Assembly: GCF_000237865.1 (NCBI RefSeq)
Contig: NC_017459.1
Span: 300,001-332,000, forward strand
DNA length: 32,000 bases
Reading direction: 5' to 3'
Source: Haloquadratum walsbyi C23
GTDB taxonomy: Archaea > Halobacteriota > Halobacteria > Halobacteriales > Haloferacaceae
Made by a program: the position numbers and the translations under genes. Of the stretch, positions 8,961-16,444 are shown piece by piece (position 1 is the first letter of the stretch; each line of letters begins with the position of its first letter). The notes under the pieces are model-generated. The model ran no database searches. It was not told the origin of the DNA and saw nothing but the letters and a program-made list of their open reading frames with translations.

Positions 8961-11471
8961 ATGGAGTATATTATTATTGCGCGATGGCTGATTATGTACG
9001 CGGCGATATTCCTCTTTGGACTCCCGATTGCCGCTCGATTGCTTCCAATGACAAGCAGCCGCGGCGTTGGACTTGCTATCCCAATTGGATTGTTACTCAT
9101 AAGTTTCCCAGCTTACTGGGTTGGTCACCTTCCGGGTGGATGGGGACTTCCAGCGCTACTTGCTGGGACTGTGGTGCTTGTCGTCTCTGCTGGGCTTGCT
9201 ATAATTGATTTTAGCAAACTCCGTAATGAACAAAAGCGGATACAGATCCGATTCACTCAGGCGATGCGTCCAAGTCGACGAGCTATCTCCGATACGGTAG
9301 TCGTTTTCGTCGCGTCATTTGCGTTTATTATTCTCATTCGGGCATTTGACCCGGCTGTAATCCCTATTGGTGGGGAGAAATTCCTTGACTTTGGGTTATT
9401 GAAGACATTATCACGGTCATCATCGCTTCCACCAACTGACTTCTGGTTTGCTGGAGAGCCGGTGAAATACTATTATGGTGGCCATCTCACAACAATACTT
9501 CTTGGATGGTTAACTGAAACACCACCTCGGTTCGCATACAATATTGCACTCGCAGGATATTACGCAACGCTTGTGACAGCCGCATTCGAGGTAAGTGGTG
9601 CAATCGCAGAGGCGAACGGACACGCGCGGCGAGTTGGCGGGACAATAGGTGCTTTCTTTACTGGAATCGCTGGAAACTTACTAACAGCCGCCCGACTCAC
9701 GGTTGCTTCGCTTCCGGCATCACTCGAGCGTCAGGCTACAGGAATCATTGCACAGCAGACAGGTGATTCAGCACAGAATATTAACACAGCGTTACAATCA
9801 TTCAGCTATTGGGATGCATCTCGCGTTATCGACGGGACGATTAATGAATTTCCACTTTTTGCGTGGTTAAACGGCGATTTACATGCCCACATGCTGAGTA
9901 CACAAACGCTATTACTCGGGGTTGGGATTGGATACGCATATTATCGGACATCGAGGTATAAAAAACGACGAAGACAAATCCTTGTGTTTGGAGCCATCCC
10001 ACTCACCGCCGCATGGCAAGCAGTTCAGAACACATGGAGCTTTCCGAGTATCATTGCACTTGGTGGTCTTGCTATCCTTGTTGCGCCTACTCATCCGGTC
10101 ACACTACTTCCATGGTCTGAGCACCCACGTGAAGCTCCAAAAACTAATTCGTACATCGATCGCATTTATTATGAGATTATCCGAATTGGATGGACCGTTG
10201 GGATTACACTTATTTGTGGTGCTATTGCAGTAGGATTTGCAGCACCATTCCTTTTTGAGACAGCCACTGGGGGCGGACAGCGTACTATTGAGTTCCTTGC
10301 CCCGACAATGCGAAGCAGTATTGCAGGGTTACTTCTCGTCCACGGTGCATTTATTATTGGAATTGTCGGTTATCTTTATATACAATTGAGCGATCAATTG
10401 AGCGCTGATTCGGAGAGTAGAGCACGTGTCGTGACTGGTTCGATTCTGCTGGTTGGAGGATTCACTGTGCTCACTTGGTGGTTAAACCTCCCTGTAATAA
10501 TTATAACACTGCCGGTGCTCGTTGCGGCGCTGATCGGTGCGCGGATAACCCACACGGTCGGATATGAAGCAGTCTTGATAATCGGCGGTGCTGGGTTGAT
10601 TACACTGGTTGAGATTATGTATCTCAACGAACAAGCCGGTCCAGGTCGTATGAATACGGTCTTCAAGACATATGCACAGGTGTGGGTATTGTGGGCAACA
10701 GCAATGGGGATTGCAATCCCAGGCTTACGCCGGGCGCAAACGCCTCCAAACTCATCATCATCACCATCATCAACAGAGCAATTATCATCAAAGCCAGACA
10801 CATCCAGTTCACCGACCGCGACGGTGACAGCAACAACTCAGGCAGACTCACCAACATCGATTGGCGAAAACTTGCAGTCGGCTGAGTTGTTCGGATCAAT
10901 AACACAGAGTATAATCAGTGTCGTGATTGCATGTCTGATCATCAGCACAAGCATGTATGGTGTACTCGCGATTGGTGGACATCTTGCTGCAGGTCCACCA
11001 CCGGGGGGACCAACACTTGATGCGACCGCATTTGTTGATCGGGCACATCCGACTGAGGCAGTCGCAATCGACTGGATTGATAACCGTCGCGGGCAGCCAA
11101 CGCTATTGGAAGCACCTGGAACGACGCGATATCACGATGACTCACGAGCACGCGCAACCTATAGTTGGTATGGCAACCCAGCCGCAAGCCTCACTGGTGT
11201 GCCAACTGTCGCTGGATGGAATCATGAAGTTGGATATCGCGGACAGGCTGCTTACCGTGATCGTGTCAGTGATGTCGATTTAATGTATACATCGAATGCA
11301 TCCACTCGGGCTACATTATTCGACAAATACAATATTACGTATATCTGGGTTGGACCAGGCGAACAGGCTCGATATGATAATATTTCATTCTCGATGAATG
11401 CGGTGTCTGTTGCACATCACTCAGGGAATGTCACTATCTACGCTGTTGATCAATCGGATCTCCCGTCATAA
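8961..11471 (+). CDS. Large polytopic membrane protein with a YYYxG motif (family I recall as TIGR03662 chlor_Arch_YYY / DUF2298); putative GT-C-like glycosyltransferase
   Basis: 836 aa with many hydrophobic helices. GGEKFLDFG lies in an early loop and GEPVKYYYGGHL is the name-giving motif. There is a Ser/Thr-rich linker (PPNSSSSPSSTEQLSSKPDTSSSPTATVTATT) and a soluble C-terminal domain. Confidence 0.85.
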   Translation: MEYIIIARWLIMYAAIFLFGLPIAARLLPMTSSRGVGLAIPIGLLLISFPAYWVGHLPGGWGLPALLAGTVVLVVSAGLAIIDFSKLRNEQKRIQIRFTQAMRPSRRAISDTVVVFVASFAFIILIRAFDPAVIPIGGEKFLDFGLLKTLSRSSSLPPTDFWFAGEPVKYYYGGHLTTILLGWLTETPPRFAYNIALAGYYATLVTAAFEVSGAIAEANGHARRVGGTIGAFFTGIAGNLLTAARLTVASLPASLERQATGIIAQQTGDSAQNINTALQSFSYWDASRVIDGTINEFPLFAWLNGDLHAHMLSTQTLLLGVGIGYAYYRTSRYKKRRRQILVFGAIPLTAAWQAVQNTWSFPSIIALGGLAILVAPTHPVTLLPWSEHPREAPKTNSYIDRIYYEIIRIGWTVGITLICGAIAVGFAAPFLFETATGGGQRTIEFLAPTMRSSIAGLLLVHGAFIIGIVGYLYIQLSDQLSADSESRARVVTGSILLVGGFTVLTWWLNLPVIIITLPVLVAALIGARITHTVGYEAVLIIGGAGLITLVEIMYLNEQAGPGRMNTVFKTYAQVWVLWATAMGIAIPGLRRAQTPPNSSSSPSSTEQLSSKPDTSSSPTATVTATTQADSPTSIGENLQSAELFGSITQSIISVVIACLIISTSMYGVLAIGGHLAAGPPPGGPTLDATAFVDRAHPTEAVAIDWIDNRRGQPTLLEAPGTTRYHDDSRARATYSWYGNPAASLTGVPTVAGWNHEVGYRGQAAYRDRVSDVDLMYTSNASTRATLFDKYNITYIWVGPGEQARYDNISFSMNAVSVAHHSGNVTIYAVDQSDLPS

Positions 11472-11475
11472 TCTC

Positions 11476-11733
11476 CTATATGCCTTGGTCGGAAAGGACG
11501 GTAATCGCCTCTGCATCAACAGCAATGACATCAAGAAAGTGTGGAACATATTGCCGTTTCTCAAATGTTTCGCGTTCATCCTCAGTACCGACAGTACACC
11601 ACAACTGCGGTCTGCTGGGTCCATGATAATCCCCTTGTTTGTCAATCGAAAAGCAGATAACCTCTTCGCCATCAACCTCGATTTCTGCCCCGCGGTTAAT
11701 GCCCAGACTTCCTCGAATGATGAGTTTCTTCAT
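11476..11733 (-). CDS. Hypothetical small acidic protein (85 aa)
   Basis: ATG-initiated ORF with acidic haloarchaeal-like composition and no competing ORF. It is divergent from rpl44e. I recognise no motif. Confidence 0.5.
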   Translation of the reverse strand: MKKLIIRGSLGINRGAEIEVDGEEVICFSIDKQGDYHGPSRPQLWCTVGTEDERETFEKRQYVPHFLDVIAVDAEAITVLSDQGI

Positions 11734-11853
11734 GCCCTCTGATTAACGAACTCAGGTATTAATCGCTTCGGAGATAGTCCAGCCTATACCAACTCAAAGC
11801 GAACCAAACGGGTTTTAACTGGTGATAGCAAAACCGACATAAGGTAGATATTT

Positions 11854-12135
11854 ATGGAGATGCCACGCCGATTCAATACGTACTGTCCACATTGCGATAC
11901 GCATCATGAACATGAAGTTGAAAAGGTCCGAACAGGTCGCTCAACCGGAATGAAATGGAACGCACGACAGACGCGTCGTGGAAAATCAACAATTGGAAAT
12001 GCCGGAAAGTTCTCAAAGGTTCCGGGTGGGGATAAGCCGACAAAAAAGACAAATTTGAAATATATCTGCTCAGACTGTGGAAAAGCACACATGAGAGAGG
12101 GATGGCGTGCTGGTCGTCTGCGGTTTCAGGAGTAA
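11854..12135 (+). CDS. rpl44e: 50S ribosomal protein L44e
   Basis: [14 protein letters not shown] ... [11 protein letters not shown] ... [11 protein letters not shown] closely matches the haloarchaeal L44e zinc-ribbon protein as I remember it. Confidence 0.94.
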   Translation: MEMPRRFNTYCPHCDTHHEHEVEKVRTGRSTGMKWNARQTRRGKSTIGNAGKFSKVPGGDKPTKKTNLKYICSDCGKAHMREGWRAGRLRFQE

Positions 12136-12138
12136 TTA

Positions 12139-12366
12139 ATGGCAGGGAATTTTTATCAACTGCAGTGTCCGGACTGCAACAATAAACAAGTTATCTTTGG
12201 AAAGGCATCAACTGTCGTTAATTGTGCTGTATGCGGGACGACACTTGCAACACCAACCGGTGGCGACGCCGAATTCAATGGTGAGGTAATCGAAACCGTT
12301 GAGCGACGTTCGGTTGAAAATGCAATTTCGCGCGTCGATGATAGCCCCACCGACGCAGATTCATAA
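12139..12366 (+). CDS. rps27e: 30S ribosomal protein S27e
   Basis: Zinc ribbon CPDCNNKQVIFGKASTVVNCAVCG. It starts 3 nt after the rpl44e stop, matching the conserved archaeal gene order. Confidence 0.92.
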   Translation: MAGNFYQLQCPDCNNKQVIFGKASTVVNCAVCGTTLATPTGGDAEFNGEVIETVERRSVENAISRVDDSPTDADS

Positions 12367-12372
12367 TTTTTT
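12367..12372 (+). terminator. T6 tract directly after the rps27e stop
   Basis: The sequence reads TAA-TTTTTT-A. It is a possible archaeal terminator, placed just before the MITE-like insertion. Confidence 0.35.
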
Positions 12373-12379
12373 ATTAACG

Positions 12380-12697
12380 GTTTGACATCCTCCCCGCTCT
12401 AAAGGGCTGTCTCTTACCCATAAGTTCGTGGAGTCGTAACCGGACGTTTCAGACGCTCTCAGAGATATTTTGAACTCAGCAAATCGAGGCGAGAAGCGAT
12501 TCAAACAGTGATATCGGCTGTGGGGGTGACAGAACGCCGGTAATCAACTCCACTGCAATTGTTCCAAAGAGGTGTTGAAACTGTAGATACCGAGGATTTC
12601 AGTCGTGCTCGCCGATCCCGATCCCGTTCCGCTAAAATCCTGACTCGAGTTGTGGGTAAGAGACAGCCCTGAAGGGCGGGGTTTTAGCCTTGAGACT
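12380..12697 (+). mobile_element. MITE-like non-autonomous element, family 1, copy 1
   Basis: Imperfect ~29 bp terminal inverted repeats: ccccgctctaaagggctgtctcttaccca (12392-12420) versus tgggtaagagacagccctgaagggcgggg (12653-12681). It is collinear with the reverse complement of 16132-16427. Shared blocks are gtttgacatc, ctgtctctta, atcgaggcgag, agcgattc, gatatcggc and tgtgggtaaga. It has no credible ORF. Confidence 0.7.
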
Positions 12698-12781
12698 TCC
12701 ATAACTCCTGAACCAGGGAGTTCCAAACAGCAGGGAATACAAAATAAATACAAATAAACACGTAGACAGATAGAAGTATAT

Positions 12782-13582
12782 ATGAAATATACTGGATGGC
12801 CTGAGCCAGGCGAGCCCGTTGTTGGAGAAGTCGATGAAATTGCAGATTTCGGTGTATTTGTTGATCTTGAAGAATATGCAGACAAACGCGGACTCTGTCA
12901 TATTAGCGAGGTCGCAAGTGGATGGATCAAAAATGTTCGTGACCATGTGCGCGAAGGACAGACAGTCGTTGCGAAAGTGCTCGATGTTGATGAGAGTGCA
13001 AAGCAGATTGATCTCTCAATAAAAGATGTCAATGAGCATCAGCGTAAGGAAACAATCCAGGAGTGGAAAAACGAACAAAAAGCCGATAACTGGATGGAAA
13101 TCGCCTTTGGTGAAGATATTGATGATGAACGCTACACTGCTGTTGCAAATGCATTACTTGCCGAGTTTGAAAGTCTGTATACAAGCTTTGAGCAGGCAGC
13201 AATACATGGAACTGAAGCATTAGATGCTGTTGAGCTGGACGATGAAGAGATTGCTGCGATTGTTGAGACTGCGCGTCGAAATGTCTCTGTCCCATACGTG
13301 ACCGTCACCGGGTATGTTGATCTTGAGTGCCCGGTCGGCGATGGTGTTGACAAAGTGCAATCAGCACTTCAGGCTGTAGAGGGTGACTCACAGACCATTG
13401 GTGATGAAATTGATTTAGACGTAACTTATGTCGGTGCGCCAGAATACCGAATTCGTGTTGAAGCTCCGGATTATAAAACAGCGGAGGGGGCGCTTGAGGC
13501 GGCTGCTGACCGTGCAAAGACCGCAGTTACTGATGGTGGAACGGCAGAGTATCATCGTGAACGGCGGTCTGATGAGGAATAG
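12782..13582 (+). CDS. eif2a: Translation initiation factor aIF2 alpha subunit
   Basis: 266 aa. N-terminal S1 domain [26 protein letters not shown] ... [18 protein letters not shown], followed by the helical and alpha-beta domains. Canonical position after rps27e. Confidence 0.93.
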   Translation: MKYTGWPEPGEPVVGEVDEIADFGVFVDLEEYADKRGLCHISEVASGWIKNVRDHVREGQTVVAKVLDVDESAKQIDLSIKDVNEHQRKETIQEWKNEQKADNWMEIAFGEDIDDERYTAVANALLAEFESLYTSFEQAAIHGTEALDAVELDDEEIAAIVETARRNVSVPYVTVTGYVDLECPVGDGVDKVQSALQAVEGDSQTIGDEIDLDVTYVGAPEYRIRVEAPDYKTAEGALEAAADRAKTAVTDGGTAEYHRERRSDEE

Positions 13583-13701
13583 ATAGATTGTACATCTCAC
13601 TTATAATATCTTTCACGCTAATAGATAATCATAGATTTGGGATGTGAAGTGTTTGATATGCGATATCTGATCTACACTACACTGAAGCAAGCATAATTAA
13701 T

Positions 13702-13884
13702 ATGAAATCCAATATCAAGATCTGTGCGTCTTGGCAGGAAAATCACGAACAACCAGTATATACACTCGCTGATACCTGTCCGAAATGTAATTCAGTAACA
13801 AAGAATACAGCACCAGCGCCATTTGATCCGACAGATGCCTATGGTGAGTACCGACGCGCTCTTAAACAGCGCGTCCGCGAGTGA
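13702..13884 (+). CDS. nop10: H/ACA RNP component Nop10
   Basis: 60 aa. CPKCNSVTKNTAPAPFDPTDAYGEYRR is the Nop10 zinc-ribbon plus linker signature. Conserved position after eif2a. Confidence 0.9.
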   Translation: MKSNIKICASWQENHEQPVYTLADTCPKCNSVTKNTAPAPFDPTDAYGEYRRALKQRVRE

Positions 13885-13888
13885 GGAC

Positions 13889-14647
13889 ATGGAAGATATT
13901 GAGATTGAGACAGTCGGAGAAGCAACGCTTCGCGACCCAGTGCTTGTTGAGGGGTTACCAGGCGTTGGTCATGTTGGGAAACTTGCTGTCGAGCATCTAA
14001 TTGAAGAATTTGACTCAGAAGAACTCACTCGTATATATGCCGATGAATTCCCACCACAGGTAACTGTTGATGATGATGGTGTCACAGAATTAGCTCACGC
14101 ATCATTTCATGCTGTATCTACTGATGGACCGGATCTTCTTATTCTGACGGGAGATCATCAAGCACAATCGCATGCTGGTCATTATCATTTGACCGATACC
14201 TTCTTAGACATTGCAGAAGACATGGGCGCTGAGTCAGTGTACGCACTCGGAGGTGTTCCAACAGGTGAACTCGTTGAGGAACCCGACGTACTTGGGGCGG
14301 TTGCTACCAACGGGGGGATTGACCCACTAAATGATGCTGGTGTCGAGTTTCGCGAGGGCGAACCAGCAGGCGGTATTGTCGGTGTTAGTGGCTTATTACT
14401 CGGCTTGGGCGGTCGACGCGGTCTTTCAGCAGCATGTTTAATGGGTGAAACAAGCGGATATTTAGTTGACCCAACAAGCGCACAAGCTGTTTTAGAGGTG
14501 CTCGAGACAGTTGTTGGCTTTGAAGTTGGATATGAGTCGCTTGAGGAGCGTGCAGAAGAAATGAAAGAGGTTGTCGAAAAAATCCAACAAATGCAAGGAC
14601 AACAACAGGGCATGCCGACTGATGATGATCTTCGCTATATTGGATAA
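13889..14647 (+). CDS. PAC2-family (COG1938-like) proteasome assembly chaperone family protein
   Basis: LVEGLPGVGHVGKLAVEHLIEEF is the typical PAC2 N-terminal motif. I chose the ATG at 13889 (MEDIEIE), 4 nt after the nop10 stop. The track extension to 13823 overlaps nop10. Confidence 0.85.
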   Translation: MEDIEIETVGEATLRDPVLVEGLPGVGHVGKLAVEHLIEEFDSEELTRIYADEFPPQVTVDDDGVTELAHASFHAVSTDGPDLLILTGDHQAQSHAGHYHLTDTFLDIAEDMGAESVYALGGVPTGELVEEPDVLGAVATNGGIDPLNDAGVEFREGEPAGGIVGVSGLLLGLGGRRGLSAACLMGETSGYLVDPTSAQAVLEVLETVVGFEVGYESLEERAEEMKEVVEKIQQMQGQQQGMPTDDDLRYIG

Positions 14648-14649
14648 TT

Positions 14650-15285
14650 GAGTTTGTTATCTGGCAATTATAGGTGATACAGGCGCAATACACGGGCTTC
14701 AGACCGTGGGTCGAGCCGTCGCAGCCGGGAGTTTCCGAACGGTCGCAACACGATGTATATATAATTGTCGGCGCGCTGACTATGATCCTACTGTAGCCGC
14801 ATGCCTGAAAGTGATTAGTTTGAATAGTTTCACTGACGGTGTCGAATGACGCGGATTCAGCAGCTCCCATCACCGACACTGATAATCACGGCGGTAAAGA
14901 CTTGCATTAATCACTATGAAAGGTGGCGGTCCGAGTATGAGTGTCCGCCCACGCTGGAAGCAGAATGTGCTCCGCGTGGAAAACAAACAATAATCACCGG
15001 GCGCGTCAACGTAAGTAACTCCGAGTCCGGTGAACCCGAGTGCCGACCACCGACCACCCTCCTGTGGGGAAACTAACACACGAACGCGTTTTCGGCTGAG
15101 GAGAGGAGTACCGGAGGTAAGGTGTGGTACTCCCAATTCAAAGAGGCTGTCCGTTACCTAGCTGTATACCGATTCGCACGGTGTGAGCTTGCTGACCTGT
15201 GAACCTGCACCTGAAACTCCCAACTTTGCGGTGCGGTGTCGTGGGATCCCCCCATGTGAACGTGGAGGAGCACGTCAATATCGCT
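14650..15285 (-). repeat. GC-rich ~530 bp non-coding repeat, family 2, copy A (reverse orientation, carrying a 105 bp nested insertion)
   Basis: The reverse complement is collinear with 19262-19790. Exact shared runs:
- 22-mer gtggtcggcactcgggttcacc (rc of 15029-15050)
- 20-mer ccagcgtgggcggacactca (rc of 14938-14957)
- 14-mer gtattgcgcctgta (rc of 14678-14691)
It is visibly more GC-rich than its flanks. ORFs across it are non-acidic and their frames are not conserved between copies. Confidence 0.7.
14812..14916. mobile_element. 105 bp mini-insertion nested in repeat copy A, flanked by the 6 bp direct duplication TGAAAG
   Basis: Copy B reads cccgaaaagtggcgg without interruption. Copy A reads cc-TGAAAG-[105 bp]-TGAAAG-gtggcgg (duplications at 14806-14811 and 14917-14922). 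The insert ends carry the short imperfect inverted motif tgatta ... taatca. Confidence 0.6.
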
Positions 15286-15465
15286 TGTATCAATTAATGG
15301 CTGCTCACGATTTTCATATATACTGAATTCACTCGATTCACGAATCACAGATGACATTTTTCAACTGAAGCACCACCCAACGGTAGCGCGCTCGTGCTAC
15401 TTTCCGTTTAGGGTAGATGATTAACGGGTATTATATTTGTTCTGACACCGTGTAATTGTGTGAGG

Positions 15466-15942
15466 ATGGAGTCAAATCAGCTTCGAGAGGCGTTTATCCG
15501 GTCAGATACGTCACCGTCAGGCAAGTGGTGGATCGATCTCCCAGTCGGACTCTCGATTGGCGGCAATGATGAGTCTGCGACTATTGATGCTGTTTGTCTC
15601 ACTTCACGACCACAGGAGCTACCAGAGGTGTATCCAGATCATACCGGGACAGCATACGTGTTTAATCGGAATGATGAGCGCGTTGGTGTCGATAAGTCTG
15701 ATATGTTTGATGGGCTACGTAAACGCGATCATTTCACCGAAGAGACGGTCGTAATTGTTGGTTTTGAATCAGGAGCATCATCAGTTGGGAGTGTTGGTGA
15801 ACTGCTTGCCTGCCGTGAACTACTTTCGGCGGATTGGAACTGGACAGTCGATGAAACAGTGCTGGTAAGCGATACAGACAGCGATCATATCAGTTATGTG
15901 TGTGATGAACTCTCGATTCGGGCAATGCGAGTAACTGAGTAA
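15466..15942 (+). CDS. Hypothetical protein (158 aa from the ATG), possible degenerate PD-(D/E)xK-like fold
   Basis: Acidic ORF with no competing frame. The track start at 15460 is GTG and an ATG follows at 15466. The pattern ATIDAVCL ... VVIVGFESG ... VGELLACRELL loosely resembles nuclease-fold core strands, but the canonical Lys is missing. Confidence 0.5.
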   Translation: MESNQLREAFIRSDTSPSGKWWIDLPVGLSIGGNDESATIDAVCLTSRPQELPEVYPDHTGTAYVFNRNDERVGVDKSDMFDGLRKRDHFTEETVVIVGFESGASSVGSVGELLACRELLSADWNWTVDETVLVSDTDSDHISYVCDELSIRAMRVTE

Positions 15943-16131
15943 TCACCCCACAAATTTAATTATAAAATTTATTTCATTCTGATAAATACGGACATTTTAG
16001 CCTATTATAGGTTGAACAAGCACAATATAATACCGTTTACGGCGTGGATATGCGCCGTCAGACAGGGACGGAGACGAGGACGAGGACGGGAAATTTTGAG
16101 CTTTTTTCTTCGATAGTATCGTGTACAGGCG

Positions 16132-16427
16132 GTCGAGGCGACTGCCCCGGGGCTTGACCCCTGTTTCTTACCCACAAATTGAGTCGCTGTCGAGATCGAT
16201 GAATCTGATAAAAATCCTAATATCCACAGATGAAACACCCTTATGAAACGATTTTGTTGATCTCGTTTATCCGCATTCAGTACCCACCGCCGATATCCAC
16301 GCCCGAATCGCTCCTCGCCTCGATCTTTTGATTTCAGATTGGGTTCGAAAGTGTTTGAAACAGCCCTTTGAGACTCGGTGAGCTTATAATTAAGAGACAG
16401 TCCTGAAGGGGTGAGAAGATGTCAAAC
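16132..16427 (-). mobile_element. MITE-like non-autonomous element, family 1, copy 2 (reverse orientation)
   Basis: The reverse complement aligns end to end with 12380-12697, from gtttgacatc to the gcctcgac/gccttgagac end. It lies in the convergent spacer between the 15466 gene and the PhzF-family gene. It has no credible ORF. Confidence 0.7.
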
Positions 16428-16444
16428 AAGTCATCATCAAATGG

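Noticed and set aside
12408-12420. The CTGTCTCTTA core of the family-1 TIR resembles the IS4/Tn5 end sequence
   Set aside because: The match is only about 10 nt and lies about 25-30 nt inside the conserved element end rather than at the terminus. No 9 bp target duplication is visible, so it is too weak to assign an IS family.
12544-12946. Minus ORFs 12544..12885 and 12632..12946 spanning the MITE end and the eif2a start
   Set aside because: They cross the element's inverted repeat and overlap the well supported eif2a 5' end. They are not conserved in the second MITE copy.
13823-13888. Upstream extension of the PAC2-family ORF overlapping nop10
   Set aside because: It would overlap nop10 by 62 nt with a non-conserved-looking peptide. 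The ATG at 13889 gives the typical N-terminus and a 4 nt intergenic gap.
14385-15136. ORFs 14385..14879(-), 14846..15076(+) and 14870..15136(-) across repeat copy A; likewise 19327..19902(+), 19346..19549(+), 19670..19873(+) and 19178..19426(-) across copy B
   Set aside because: Their frames are not preserved between the two copies because indels shift them. The products are Cys/Arg/Pro-rich and non-acidic. DNA-level conservation ignores the ORF boundaries.
14650-15285. Direct identification of the family-2 repeat as a tnpB pseudogene
   Set aside because: I looked for RuvC and zinc-finger remnants. I found only weak strings (GYDADVAAC in B, RADYDPTVAAC in A, and the CxC...CxxCG stretch), in an order that does not fit the TnpB C-terminus. 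I keep this only as a hypothesis to test, not as a call.
16005-16238. 77 aa minus ORF in the 15943-16444 spacer
   Set aside because: It runs through the family-1 MITE end and a hexanucleotide repeat (gacgag-type). The product is basic and Cys/Arg-rich, so it is most likely non-coding.
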